DNA from: Acidimicrobiales bacterium
GTDB lineage: Bacteria > Actinomycetota > Acidimicrobiia > Acidimicrobiales > WLNW01
DNA length: 64,000 nucleotides
Reading direction: 5' to 3'
NCBI GenBank assembly: GCA_039934635.1
Contig: JBDTLT010000003.1
Location: 16,460 to 80,459, forward strand
The notes below the pieces were generated by a model. It had not been told where the DNA came from, made no database searches, and worked only from the letters and a program-made list of their open reading frames with translations. Made by a program: the position numbers and the translations under genes. The stretch's first letter is position 1. Every line of letters begins with the position of its first letter. Shown one piece after another: positions 1 through 10,306 of the stretch.

Positions 1-2
1 TG

Positions 3-473
3 ATCGACAATTCGTGGTCCAACGTCGACTCGGAGCTACAACGCCGCCACGACCTCATCCCCAATCTCGTCGAAACGGTCAAGGGCTACGCGACGCACGA
101 GGAGCGCACCTTCGAGACCGTCACCGCAGCCCGCGCGCAAGCAATGTCCGTACGAGGGTCCGCTGCCGCACAGTCGCCGGCCGAGAACAACTTGGTCGAC
201 GGCATGCGCCAGTTGCTCGCCGTCAGCGAGGCCTATCCGCAGCTGCGGGCCAGCTATCACTTCTTGCAGCTCCAAGAAGAGCTCGTCACGACCGAAAATC
301 GCATCCAAGCAGCGCGGCGCTTTTACAACGGCAACGTGCGGGACTACAACCGGCGCGTCGACTCGTTCCCGTCGCTCGTGATCGCGCGGAGCTTCCACTT
401 CACGCGCGAGCAGTATTTCGAGGTCGAGCCCATCGTGCGCGAAGTACCCGTCGTCGCGTTCAACCCTCAGTAG
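3..473 (+). CDS. lemA: LemA family protein (5' end outside window)
   Basis: Frame open from base 3: WSNVDSELQRRHDLIPNLVETVKGYATHE...EAYPQLRA...LQEELVTTENRIQAARRFYN, typical LemA motifs. Confidence 0.93.
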   Translation: MDNSWSNVDSELQRRHDLIPNLVETVKGYATHEERTFETVTAARAQAMSVRGSAAAQSPAENNLVDGMRQLLAVSEAYPQLRASYHFLQLQEELVTTENRIQAARRFYNGNVRDYNRRVDSFPSLVIARSFHFTREQYFEVEPIVREVPVVAFNPQ

Positions 474-497
474 CGAGCGGCAAGTATCCGCCGACGC

Positions 498-1424
498 CTA
501 CTCGGCCCAACGGCCGAGTTCGCGCATACGCTGCTGGCATTCGGCCCACGCGTTGGCCAGGATGTCGCGAACCGGCTCGACGCGATCGATGCGGCCCGCG
601 ACCTGACCACCGAACGCGAAGAACGCGTCCATGTCGCCACCGAAGTAGAGCTTGAAGATCGAGTCGGGAACCATCTTCGCTGCTTCGGGGTCTCGTTCGG
701 CGGCAACCGAACGGCTCGTGCGCAGCACCCGCATCGACGGCTTGGCATAGCGGTTGACCACCACGGTGTCGGTCTCGGACGAATCGACGACAAGCTGCTT
801 CCAATTGTCGTGAATCGGTGACTCGGCGCTCGACACCATCCGCGTGCCCATCTGCACCGCGTCGGCGCCGAGCGCGAACGCGGCGGCCATCGACACCCCG
901 TCGCAGATGCCGCCGGCCGCGATGATCGGCACGCCGACCTTGGCTGCGATCAGCGGCACCAGGACCATCGTCGACGCGCCGTCGGGATTCTTGAAACCGC
1001 CGCCCTCGATGCCTTCGACGACCAGGCCGTCGACGCCGGCCTCGAGCGCCTTCATCGCGCCGCGCAACGTCGGTACGACATGGAACACCGTGACGCCGGC
1101 CTGCTTGAACAACGGCACCATCTTGGCCGGGTCGCCCGCACTCGTCGTCACGAACGTCACGCCGTTGTCGACGATGAAGTCGACCACCGCCGGGTCGCGC
1201 ACGAAGAGTTGCGGGACGTTGACGCCCCATGGTTTGTCGGTGAGATCTCGCATCTTTTCGAACTCGAGCTTGATCTCGTCGAGCTTCCCCGACCCCGTCT
1301 CGATGATGCCGAGCCCTCCGGCGTTGGACACCGCGGAGGCCAGCTGCGCCCGAGCGATGTAGCCCATCGGCGCCTGCACGATCGGTATCTCGATGTTGAG
1401 CATCTCGGTGATACGCGTCTTCAT
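498..1424 (-). CDS. Nitronate monooxygenase / FabK-like FMN-dependent reductase
   Basis: PIVQAPM, SNAGGLGII, EGIEGGG, IIAAGGI, GADAVQMGTR motifs. Confidence 0.88.
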   Translation of the reverse strand: MKTRITEMLNIEIPIVQAPMGYIARAQLASAVSNAGGLGIIETGSGKLDEIKLEFEKMRDLTDKPWGVNVPQLFVRDPAVVDFIVDNGVTFVTTSAGDPAKMVPLFKQAGVTVFHVVPTLRGAMKALEAGVDGLVVEGIEGGGFKNPDGASTMVLVPLIAAKVGVPIIAAGGICDGVSMAAAFALGADAVQMGTRMVSSAESPIHDNWKQLVVDSSETDTVVVNRYAKPSMRVLRTSRSVAAERDPEAAKMVPDSIFKLYFGGDMDAFFAFGGQVAGRIDRVEPVRDILANAWAECQQRMRELGRWAE

Positions 1425-1443
1425 TGATCTGCCTACTTGTCGA

Positions 1444-2535
1444 TCACTTGTTGATGTTGCGTCGTACCACCGGCGCGCGACGAAACGTTGCCGACCGGTC
1501 GGACACCCACGGTTGCAAGGGAGCGGTCGTGAGCGACGCCAGCTGCGTCAGGGTCTGGTCGTAGTTGACCCGCCAGCCCGAGAAGTCGATCCACGCCCGT
1601 TCTCGATCAGGGCGCACCGGCACGCCGCCCGCCGCCAACTGTTCGTACACGGCCATGAATTCGGCCTTGGTGACCGAGATCGGGTCGCCCGGCGTCGGTG
1701 ACGGGTCGTGCGGGATCGTGAAGTACTCCGCGATATGGCGCAACGCCAGATACCCCGCACGAATCGTGATGGCCGCCTGCGGGTCACGCGTCGTGTTGAC
1801 GCACGATGTGAACAGCGCCGCGCCGTCGAGCACGACCCCCGACATCGTGACCCAGGAACGATCAGGTGTCGGTGATCGAAAGAACGCGAGCGCCGGGAAC
1901 GACGTGTGCGTCTCTTCGAGCTCGACGAACCACGTCTCCCATTTGACCCACGTGTCGTGCAGCCGGTCGAACCCGTTGATCTGATGCGCGCGGATCAACA
2001 TGGTGGCCGCTGATGCTTCGCCACCGTCAACCGACCAATTGTGGATCTGGGTCACCAATACTTCGCGCTTGGAGAAGTGGCCGTACATCGTCGGGAGGAA
2101 CGAGATCAGCAAGGCCACGAGCAACAACCCGATCATCGCCTCGGCGACGACGAGCAGATGCACCGTGAGGCCCTCGGATCGTTCGAACCCGAGCGTTGTC
2201 GCCGATGACCCGGCGAGGATCAAGGCATGTTCATAGGGCCGCGCGTGCAGCCCCCAGAAGATCGCGCTGAACCCGCCGATGACCCCGGCCATCCAGACGA
2301 GGGGCAACAACATCAGCGACGTGGGTGCGTAACGCGCCATCACGCGGTCGCGATCTTTGTAGGGACGACTCTCCTTGGCGAACATCTCGAAGCAGACGCG
2401 CGTCATCCGGAAGACAACCCGGTTGAGGAACACCTGCTCGGCGCGGGGGACGACGACCGTGCGCACCGCGGCGGACAGCACGAGGAACACGATCACTGCG
2501 CCGAATACGACGCACAGGACTTCGGCGACGATCAT
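1444..2535 (-). CDS. Membrane protein with potassium-channel-like pore segment and uncharacterised C-terminal domain
   Basis: Hydrophobic helices flanking GSSATTLGF; soluble C-terminal region. Confidence 0.6.
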   Translation of the reverse strand: MIVAEVLCVVFGAVIVFLVLSAAVRTVVVPRAEQVFLNRVVFRMTRVCFEMFAKESRPYKDRDRVMARYAPTSLMLLPLVWMAGVIGGFSAIFWGLHARPYEHALILAGSSATTLGFERSEGLTVHLLVVAEAMIGLLLVALLISFLPTMYGHFSKREVLVTQIHNWSVDGGEASAATMLIRAHQINGFDRLHDTWVKWETWFVELEETHTSFPALAFFRSPTPDRSWVTMSGVVLDGAALFTSCVNTTRDPQAAITIRAGYLALRHIAEYFTIPHDPSPTPGDPISVTKAEFMAVYEQLAAGGVPVRPDRERAWIDFSGWRVNYDQTLTQLASLTTAPLQPWVSDRSATFRRAPVVRRNINK

Positions 2536-2538
2536 CGG

Positions 2539-3285
2539 TCAGGGGCGCGGCAGGAAGCCGCCGTCGACGAGGTATGTCTGACCGGTGATGAACGACGCTT
2601 CGTCCGAGCACAAGAACAAGGCCATGCCGACGAGGTCGGCCATCTCACCGAATCGCTTGACGAGTTGCCCGCCCGTGACGAGCTCTTTGTGCTCGGGCGC
2701 GAGGTGTTGCAGAAGCGCGGGCGAGCCGATCATGCCAGGGGCGATGCCCACCACCCGCACGTCGGGGGCGAACTCGGCCGCCAGCGAGATGGTCAGCCCG
2801 TTGAGCGCCAGCTTGGAGACGCCGTAGGCACCGCCGGCGGGCAGATACGCGGCCATCGACGACTGATTCAAGATGACGCCGCGGCCGCCTGCTGCGAGAT
2901 AGGGGCGGCAGGCGGTGGCGCAGATCAGCGCGCCGATGACGTTGACGTCGAGAATGCGGCGCCACTCCGATAGCGGCAACGTCGATGTTTCGTTGTAGCG
3001 CCCCAGGTGCAGCCCGGCGTTGTTGACCAACACGTCGATGCCGCCGAACTCGTCGACCGCGGTCTCGATCGCGCTCTTGACGGCATCGTCGTCGGTGATA
3101 TCGGCACTGAGCCCGAGCGCGCGCCCACCACCGCTCTCGATGCGGGCAACGGTCTCGTCGACGCCCACTGCGTCGATGTCGAGCACCAACACGTCCGCAC
3201 CTTCACTGGCGAAACCGACCGCATACTCGCGCCCGATGCCGTTGCCGGCGCCGGTCACCACCGCGGTCCTGCCCGTGAATCGCAT
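2539..3285 (-). CDS. SDR family oxidoreductase
   Basis: TGAGNGIG, NNAG, YGVSK; start trimmed to MRFTGRT. Confidence 0.9.
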   Translation of the reverse strand: MRFTGRTAVVTGAGNGIGREYAVGFASEGADVLVLDIDAVGVDETVARIESGGGRALGLSADITDDDAVKSAIETAVDEFGGIDVLVNNAGLHLGRYNETSTLPLSEWRRILDVNVIGALICATACRPYLAAGGRGVILNQSSMAAYLPAGGAYGVSKLALNGLTISLAAEFAPDVRVVGIAPGMIGSPALLQHLAPEHKELVTGGQLVKRFGEMADLVGMALFLCSDEASFITGQTYLVDGGFLPRP

Positions 3286-3313
3286 GGCGGGGGTATAGCA
3301 CGGGAAATGCGGA

Positions 3314-6300
3314 TCATCGGAAATCTCGGCTGCGCATGGGCACCGCGAGATCGAGCGCATGGATGCGCTCGGCCACGATATTGACCACCCCCTCGCTGGC
3401 TTGCACCTGACCACGGATGAGCAACGCGATCGCGCCGCGAGCGACCTCGCGGTGGCGCAACCAGCACCCCCGCGAGACCACCACGTTGATGAGACCGGTC
3501 TCGTCTTCGAGATTCAAGAACGTCGTGCCGCCCGCGGTCGCCGGTCGTTGCCGGTGCGTGACCACCCCCGCGACGAGCACCTTGTCCTTGTCGTGCAAGG
3601 TACGCAGGCCGCCGGCCGCCACCACCCCCATCTCGTCGAGTTGGTCGCGCACGAAGCGGGTGGGATGGCCATCGGGGGACACCTGGGACGCCCACAGGTC
3701 GGCCAAGGCCAGTTCGCGCGTCGACATGTCGGGCAAGGTGGGCGACTCGCTGCCGGTGACGATGCCTTCGAGGCGATCGGGCTTCGATTGCGCGACGGCA
3801 CCGGCCGACCAGATCGCATGACGGCGACGGGCACCCGCGGGGACCGCTTCGTTGAAGCAATCGAAAGCGCCCGCGGTGGCGAACGATTCGAGGACCGGCA
3901 ACGACACGCCCGTGCGCCGAGCGAAATCTTCCATCGAGGCATAGGGGCGACCGGCCGCGATCCGTTCGGCGAGATCGGCACCGACGCTGCGGATGTATTC
4001 GATACCGAGGCGCACTGCCGCACCTTTGTGCGACGACGCGCACGGTTGGAGTATGGCCTTTGCCGCCGATTCGTTGACGCACGGCGTGCGCACCTCGACG
4101 CCGTGACGGCGGGCGTCTTGCACCAGCGAATGCGGCGAGTAGAACCCCATCGGTTGCGCGTTGAGCAACGCGGCACAGAACGCGCCGGGATAGTGGTACT
4201 TGATCCACGAACTCGCGTAGACGAGATACGCGAACGACACCGAGTGACTCTCGGGAAAGCCGTAGTTGGCGAACGCGGCCAGCTTGTCCCAGATCTGCTC
4301 GATGATGTCGGGAGGGACACCGCGCTCGAGCGCACCGACGGCGAAGCGTTGTTGCAATCGCTCCATGCGCTCGCGGCTGCGCTTGGACCCCATTGCCTGG
4401 CGCAGTTGATCGGCCTCGGACGCGGTGAAGCCGGCAACGTCGATGGCCATCTGCATGAGTTGCTCTTGGAACAACGGGATGCCCAGCGTCTTGGCGAGCG
4501 AGTTTTCGAGCAGCGGATGCAGATAGGTCACGGGCTCTTTGCCATTGCGGCGGCGGATGTACGGATGCACGGACCCGCCTTGGATGGGCCCGGGCCGAAT
4601 CAACGCCACCTCGACGACGAGGTCATAGAACGTGCGGGGACGCAACCGAGGCAGCGTGGCCATCTGGGCCCGCGATTCGACTTGGAACACCCCGATCGAA
4701 TCGGCCGCGCACAACATGTCGTAGATGACGTCTTCTTGCGGGATGGTCGCGAGGTCGACGTCGACGCCGTGATGATCGCCGATGAAATCCATCGCGTAGT
4801 GCAACGCCGAGAGCATGCCGAGGCCCAGCAGATCGAACTTGACGAGACCGACCGCGGCGCAATCGTCCTTGTCCCACTGCAACACACTGCGATCTTCCAT
4901 GCGGCCCCACTCGACGGGGCAGACCTCGATCACCGGCCGGTCACAGATGACCATGCCGCCCGAATGGATGCCGAGATGGCGGGGAAAATGCTCGATCTCG
5001 AGCGCCAATTCGACCACCGAGGCCGGCACGGTGTCGCTGCCCTGACGGTCGTCGAACCCCGCTCCCCCGGTGCCGGCGGCCTCACCACCCTTGTCGCCGA
5101 GGCCGGCCCACCGATCGATCGACTTGGAGAACGCGTCTTGCTGCCCCGTGGCGTAGCCCAATGCCTTGGCCATGTCGCGCACCGACGAGCGGGCGCGATA
5201 GGTGATGACGTTGGCGACCTGTGCCGCATGATCGCGACCGTGCTTGTCGTAGACGTATTGGATGGCCTCTTCCCGACGATCGCTCTCGATGTCGATGTCG
5301 ATATCGGGTGGGCCGTCGCGCTCGGGCGACATGAAACGTTCGAACAGCAAGCCCAGATCGACCGCGTCGGCATTGGTGATGCCGAGCGCGTAACACACCG
5401 CCGAATTCGCAGCTGAGCCCCGGCCCTGACAAAGGATGTTGCGGCGCCGGCAGAACTCGACGATGTCCCACACGACCAAGAAGTAGCCGGGAAAACCGAG
5501 CTGCTCGATGAGCGCGAGCTCGTGATCGATCTGGCGGTACGCGCCGGGCACCCGCTCGCCATCGCGAGGGCCGTAGCGCCGCTGCGCACCTTGCTCGGTG
5601 ACTTCGCGCAGCCACGACATCTCGTTGTGACCGGGCGGGCACGGGAACGGTGGCAGCTTGGGCGCCACCAACGCGAGGTCGAACGCGCAGACCTGACCGA
5701 GCTCCGCGGCGCGCTCGACCACACCCGGGTAGCGGGCGAACCGGGCAGCCTGCTCTGCCCCCGAACGCAGATGCGCGGTGCTCGCGGCAGGCAACCATCC
5801 GTCGATCTCGTCGAGCGAACGGCGGGCACGCACGGCCGCCATCGCAGTGGCCAACTTGCGCCGCGACGGACGGTGGTAGTGCACGTTGTTGGTGGCGATG
5901 ACCTCGACACCGGCATGGATCGCGACCTCGGCGAGCGCGTCGTTGCGGGCCGAGTCGAGCGGATGCCCGTGATCCCACAGCTCGACCACGACATTGCTGC
6001 GACCGAAGCGGGCGATGAGATCGTCGAGCGCCCGTCGCGCGGCGCGGGGACCGTCGCGCTCGAGGGCCGCGGGCACCGTGCCTTTGCGACACGAAGTGAG
6101 CACCACCCATGCGTCACCACCCGCGCCGATGTCGGTCAGCTCGGGTAACGCGATGCGCGGTGCCCCCTTTTCTCCGGCCATCTGCGCGCGGCTGATCGCA
6201 CAACCGAGTCGCGCGTAGCCCGTGGGATTGCGCGCCAGAACGATCAGATGCTCGCCGGGAGGGTCGGGTTGGCCGGGGAGGTGCTTGCCCGTGAGCCCCA

Positions 6301-6691
6301 AGGTGAGCTCGGCCCCGAACACCGTGGGCAGGCCGTGCACCCGGGCCGCCTCCGCGAAGCGCACCACGCCGTAGAAGCCGTTGTGGTCGGTGAGGGCCAG
6401 CGCCTCGAGGCCCAAACGCACCGCTTCTTCGACCAACTCTTCGGCATGCGACGCCCCGTCGAGGAAGCTGAAGTTGGAATGGCAGTGCAGCTCGGCATAG
6501 GGCACGGTCGGCGCCGCGGCCCGGCGCGGCGAGAGCGGAGGCGGTGCCTCATAGGCGGCCCGTTTGCGCGACCACGCCGGGCTGTCGCCCCCATCGCCGG
6601 GGTGCTCGGGCGACGAGTGCTTGGGCCGCGGCCGATCGCTGAGAGTACGTTCGATCTCTCGCCACGAGATCGGTGGATTGCCCCAGCCCAT
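3314..6691 (-). CDS. dnaE2: Error-prone DNA polymerase III alpha subunit DnaE2
   Basis: MGWGNPP start, YAELHCHSNFSFLDGAS PHP domain, GRGSAANS, PDIDID, C-terminal SRDFR motif. Confidence 0.96.
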   Translation of the reverse strand: MGWGNPPISWREIERTLSDRPRPKHSSPEHPGDGGDSPAWSRKRAAYEAPPPLSPRRAAAPTVPYAELHCHSNFSFLDGASHAEELVEEAVRLGLEALALTDHNGFYGVVRFAEAARVHGLPTVFGAELTLGLTGKHLPGQPDPPGEHLIVLARNPTGYARLGCAISRAQMAGEKGAPRIALPELTDIGAGGDAWVVLTSCRKGTVPAALERDGPRAARRALDDLIARFGRSNVVVELWDHGHPLDSARNDALAEVAIHAGVEVIATNNVHYHRPSRRKLATAMAAVRARRSLDEIDGWLPAASTAHLRSGAEQAARFARYPGVVERAAELGQVCAFDLALVAPKLPPFPCPPGHNEMSWLREVTEQGAQRRYGPRDGERVPGAYRQIDHELALIEQLGFPGYFLVVWDIVEFCRRRNILCQGRGSAANSAVCYALGITNADAVDLGLLFERFMSPERDGPPDIDIDIESDRREEAIQYVYDKHGRDHAAQVANVITYRARSSVRDMAKALGYATGQQDAFSKSIDRWAGLGDKGGEAAGTGGAGFDDRQGSDTVPASVVELALEIEHFPRHLGIHSGGMVICDRPVIEVCPVEWGRMEDRSVLQWDKDDCAAVGLVKFDLLGLGMLSALHYAMDFIGDHHGVDVDLATIPQEDVIYDMLCAADSIGVFQVESRAQMATLPRLRPRTFYDLVVEVALIRPGPIQGGSVHPYIRRRNGKEPVTYLHPLLENSLAKTLGIPLFQEQLMQMAIDVAGFTASEADQLRQAMGSKRSRERMERLQQRFAVGALERGVPPDIIEQIWDKLAAFANYGFPESHSVSFAYLVYASSWIKYHYPGAFCAALLNAQPMGFYSPHSLVQDARRHGVEVRTPCVNESAAKAILQPCASSHKGAAVRLGIEYIRSVGADLAERIAAGRPYASMEDFARRTGVSLPVLESFATAGAFDCFNEAVPAGARRRHAIWSAGAVAQSKPDRLEGIVTGSESPTLPDMSTRELALADLWASQVSPDGHPTRFVRDQLDEMGVVAAGGLRTLHDKDKVLVAGVVTHRQRPATAGGTTFLNLEDETGLINVVVSRGCWLRHREVARGAIALLIRGQVQASEGVVNIVAERIHALDLAVPMRSRDFR

Positions 6692-6704
6692 TCCGCCACC
6701 GTAT

Positions 6705-6718
6705 CGAACGTCTGTACG
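6705..6718. promoter_or_regulatory. LexA (SOS) box upstream of dnaE2
   Basis: CGAAC-GTCT-GTACG, one mismatch to CGAAC-N4-GTTCG; abuts minus-strand -10 TACGGT (6698-6703), 6 nt before the ATG. Confidence 0.8.
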
Positions 6719-6755
6719 ATCGGCAATAGGGCGGGTCAGACCCGGGGTGCCTCTC

Positions 6756-6815
6756 GTTCTCGCAGCACTATGCGCAAACTGACCAGGGCGTATTCGCAAG
6801 TTGTGCTGCGAGAAC
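6756..6815. repeat. Intergenic inverted repeat with 13-bp perfect arms
   Basis: GTTCTCGCAGCAC (6756-6768) / GTGCTGCGAGAAC (6803-6815), plus inner TGCG/CGCA pairing. Confidence 0.8.
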
Positions 6816-6836
6816 CGACTAGATCCGCGGCGAAGC

Positions 6837-6865
6837 CGCCGATCCGTTGCGGCGGAGCCGCACAA
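6837..6865. repeat. REP-like element, copy 1
   Basis: CGCCGATCCGTTGCGGCGGAGCCGCACAA, 28/29 identical to 16372-16400. Confidence 0.8.
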
Positions 6866-6901
6866 GAAGGCAGGATCGCGGCGACGAGAGGGGTCATCGA
6901 C

Positions 6902-7621
6902 ATGGGCGTTGCAGTAGTCACTGGCGCGGGGCAAGGCATCGGCAAGGCAACGGCGCAACGACTCGCCCGCGACGGCCATCACGTCGTTGCGGTCGATCGC
7001 AATGGTGAGAACGCGGCGAAGACCGCGGCTGAGGTCGGCGGTGAGTCGCGAGAGTGCGACGTCACCGATCGCAGTGCGGTGCACGCAATGGCCGCGACCG
7101 TTGACGGCTGCGACATCCTGATCAACAACGCCGGCATCTGGCGTTTTCACAGCCTGCTCGACATGACCGAGGACGACGCACAGTCGGTGCTGGCGGTCAA
7201 CGTCCTCGGCATCGTGTGGTGCACGCAGGCGTTCGCGCCGAAGATGATCGAACGCGGCGGCGGGTCGATCGTCAGCCTTTCGTCGGGTGCGGCGTGGACG
7301 CAATCGCCGGGCCTCGGCATCTACCCTGCGACGAAGAGCGCGGTCGAGTCGCTTACCAAGACCTTGGCCATCGAATTGGGTCAACACAACATCCGCGCCA
7401 ACGCCGTCGGCCCCGGCCTCATCGTGAGCGATGGCACCGCCGCCAGCTATCAAGGCGATCGCGCCAAAGAGCGCGCCAAGAACATTCCCATGCAGCGCCT
7501 CGGCGACCCCACCGAGATCGCCGACGTCATCGGCTTCCTGTGTTCACCCGATGCTCGTTATGTCAGTGGACAGGTGATCTACATCGACGGTGCCGTCACT
7601 GCCGGCCGTACGTCGCTCTGA
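6902..7621 (+). CDS. SDR family oxidoreductase
   Basis: TGAGQGIG, NNAG, YPATK; SD-like GAGGGG before the ATG. Confidence 0.9.
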   Translation: MGVAVVTGAGQGIGKATAQRLARDGHHVVAVDRNGENAAKTAAEVGGESRECDVTDRSAVHAMAATVDGCDILINNAGIWRFHSLLDMTEDDAQSVLAVNVLGIVWCTQAFAPKMIERGGGSIVSLSSGAAWTQSPGLGIYPATKSAVESLTKTLAIELGQHNIRANAVGPGLIVSDGTAASYQGDRAKERAKNIPMQRLGDPTEIADVIGFLCSPDARYVSGQVIYIDGAVTAGRTSL

Positions 7622-7633
7622 GCGCCCATCAAG

Positions 7634-8449
7634 TCAAGCGCGGGTCGAAAACATGCCGGGCACGTCGACGTACATGCCGGCGTGCAGACCGCCGTCGATG
7701 ACGAGTTCGGTGCCGGTGCAGTAGCTCGATTCGTCCGACGCGAAGTACAGCGCGGCGGGTGCGACATCGACTGGCCGCCCCGCCCGGCCCAACGGACTCG
7801 GCTGCACCGAGCGTTGCCGACCGCTGACGACCTCACTCATCACGGCCGCCCCGTGGTTCGAGAAGAACTCGGTGACCATCTCGGGGTTGCCGGCACCCGG
7901 ACACACGATGTTGCAGCGGATGTTGTCCTTGCCGTATTCGAGGGCTACGACCTTCGTCAGCCCCCGCAGCGCGAACTTCGAAGCGGTGTACGCGCCGGTC
8001 GTCGGCACGCCGCTGATCGAATCGGTCGAACCGATGTTCACGATCGAGCCGCCCCCCGATTCGACCATCAGCGGTGCACACGCCTGGACGCTCAGGAACG
8101 GCCCTACGCAGTTGACTTTGAGCACCCGTTCGAACACGTCTACCGGTGTCGTCGCCAGTGATTGCAGATGCAGGATCGCCGCGTTGTTGACAAGCACGTC
8201 GAGGCGCCCCCACCGCGCCCGTACTTCGTCGACTGCGCCCGCCCAATCGGCTTCTGACGTCACGTCACAATGCCGGTACGCCGCGCCATCGCCCGCCGCA
8301 AGATCATCGATGACCGCCTGCGCCCGTTCGTCGATCATGTCGAGACCGAGCACACGTGCGCCCTCCCGCGCGAACACCCGCACGATCTCTTCGCCGGTCC
8401 CCCGAGCCATGCCCGTGACGATCGCTACCTTGCCGTCCAAACGACCCAT
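7634..8449 (-). CDS. SDR family oxidoreductase (hydroxysteroid dehydrogenase-like)
   Basis: GKVAIVTGMARGTG, NNAA, YTASK. Confidence 0.88.
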   Translation of the reverse strand: MGRLDGKVAIVTGMARGTGEEIVRVFAREGARVLGLDMIDERAQAVIDDLAAGDGAAYRHCDVTSEADWAGAVDEVRARWGRLDVLVNNAAILHLQSLATTPVDVFERVLKVNCVGPFLSVQACAPLMVESGGGSIVNIGSTDSISGVPTTGAYTASKFALRGLTKVVALEYGKDNIRCNIVCPGAGNPEMVTEFFSNHGAAVMSEVVSGRQRSVQPSPLGRAGRPVDVAPAALYFASDESSYCTGTELVIDGGLHAGMYVDVPGMFSTRA

Positions 8450-8484
8450 CGGTTCCCCCTCGTCGCCTCTATAACCTGTCCATC

Positions 8485-10302
8485 ATGTCATCAGTTGCCG
8501 AAACGAACAGCGACGACCTCACTGCCGCGGGTGTCTCGTGGAACCTCGAACCCCTGCTCGGTGATCAGCCCAGCGTCGACACGTTGATCGACCAAGCCGA
8601 CGTCATCGCGGATCGCCTCGCGGAGCGCCGCGGCCAGATCGCGACCCTCGACGCGGCCGGTCTCGAGTCGTTCATGCGCGACATGGCGAGCCTGCACGAG
8701 CTCATCGGCCGCGCCGGTTCCTATGCCGGATTGCGCTTCAGCGTCAACGTGCTCGACCACGAAATCGCGTCGACCATGCAACGCGTCGAAGAACGATCGA
8801 CCGCCATCGCGACCAAGCTCATCTTCTTCGAGCTCGAGTGGGCAGCCGCGTCGCAAGACCACGTCGACGCGGTCCTCGCCGACGAACGGCTGACGTTCGC
8901 CCGCCATCACCTGCGGTCCATCCGCCGTTGGCGCGACCATCTCCTCACCGAGCCCGAAGAGCGCATCCTCACCGAAAAGTCGGTGACCGGTTCGAGTGCG
9001 TGGAGCCGCCTGTTCGAAGAACAGACCTCGACGATCAGCCTCGAGCTCACCGACCCCGACGGCTCGACGCGCACTGCGTCACTCGAAGAAGGCCTGACGC
9101 GCCTGCAACATCCCGATCGTGCCGTACGGCAAGCAGCGGCCGCGTCGGTCACCGCGGGGTTGGCGCCGGGCCTGCGCACCCGCGCGTTCATCTTCAACAC
9201 GTTGCTCAACGACAAGGCGATCGACGACCGAATGCGGAAGTATCCGACGTGGCTCTCGTCGCGGAACCTGGCCAACGAGGCCAGCGACGACTCGGTGCAG
9301 GCATTGGTCTCCGCGGTCGAGCGTCGTTATGACATCCCGCAGCGGTGGTATCGCCTCAAGGCCAAGATCCTCGGCCTGCCGACGCTCGCCGACTACGACC
9401 GCATGGCATCTATCGCCCAGACCGACGCGCAGATCGGATGGCACGAAGCAACGTCGATCGTGCTCGATTCTTATGCGTCGTTCTCGACCGAGCTGGCCGA
9501 CATCGTCAAGCGCTTCTACGACGAATCGTGGATCGACGCGCCGATGCGACAGGGCAAGCGGCCCGGCGCGTTCTGCGCGTACACCGTGCCGTCGCACCAC
9601 CCGTATCTGTTGCTCAACTGGACGAGCCGTACCCGCGACGTGTTGACGTTGGCGCACGAGCTCGGTCACGGACTGCATGCGTATCTCGCGCGGGAGCAAG
9701 GCGTCTTCCACCAGTCGACACCGCTCACGTTGGCCGAGACCGCCTCGGTCTTCGGCGAGACCGTGACCAATGGTCGGCTGCTGGCGCTGCTCGATGATCC
9801 CAACGAAAAGCTGGCGCTGCTCGCATCGATACTCGAGGATTCGATCGCAACGGTCTTTCGCCAGACCGCCATGAACCGGTTCGAGCACGCGGTGCATACC
9901 GCGCGGCGCGACGAGGGCGAATTGTCGGTCGATCGTTTCGGCGAACTGTGGGCCAACTCGCAAACCGCCATGCTCGGCGACGCCGTCGAGGTCACCGAGG
10001 GCTACCGCACGTGGTGGTCCTACATCCCGCACTTCATCTCGACGCCGGGCTACGTCTATGCCTACGCGTACGGACAATTGCTGGCGCTGTCGGTCTATCG
10101 CCGCTACGAAGAGGGCGGCGAAGCGTTCGTGCCGAGCTACCTGCAGCTGTTGCGTGCCGGCGGGTCGATGGCCCCCGAAGAACTCGGCCACATCGTCGGC
10201 TGCGATCTCGCCGACCCCGGTTTCTGGGACGGCGGTCTCGACATCATCGAGGCCCAACTACGCGCGGCAGAAGACGCCGCCACCGCGGCGGGCCGCGGCT
10301 AG
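8485..10302 (+). CDS. pepF: M3 family oligoendopeptidase F
   Basis: GKRPGAFC, HPYLLLN, TLAHELGH (HExxH), LAETASVFGE, YVYAYAYG. Confidence 0.9.
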   Translation: MSSVAETNSDDLTAAGVSWNLEPLLGDQPSVDTLIDQADVIADRLAERRGQIATLDAAGLESFMRDMASLHELIGRAGSYAGLRFSVNVLDHEIASTMQRVEERSTAIATKLIFFELEWAAASQDHVDAVLADERLTFARHHLRSIRRWRDHLLTEPEERILTEKSVTGSSAWSRLFEEQTSTISLELTDPDGSTRTASLEEGLTRLQHPDRAVRQAAAASVTAGLAPGLRTRAFIFNTLLNDKAIDDRMRKYPTWLSSRNLANEASDDSVQALVSAVERRYDIPQRWYRLKAKILGLPTLADYDRMASIAQTDAQIGWHEATSIVLDSYASFSTELADIVKRFYDESWIDAPMRQGKRPGAFCAYTVPSHHPYLLLNWTSRTRDVLTLAHELGHGLHAYLAREQGVFHQSTPLTLAETASVFGETVTNGRLLALLDDPNEKLALLASILEDSIATVFRQTAMNRFEHAVHTARRDEGELSVDRFGELWANSQTAMLGDAVEVTEGYRTWWSYIPHFISTPGYVYAYAYGQLLALSVYRRYEEGGEAFVPSYLQLLRAGGSMAPEELGHIVGCDLADPGFWDGGLDIIEAQLRAAEDAATAAGRG

Positions 10303-10306
10303 GACA

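Noticed and set aside
3359-5416. 685-aa + strand ORF
   Set aside because: Antisense shadow of dnaE2
6692-7453. Apparent 250-aa N-terminal extension of DnaE2
   Set aside because: Antisense to the SDR at 6902-7621 and runs across the SOS promoter; the real start is MGWGNPP at 6691
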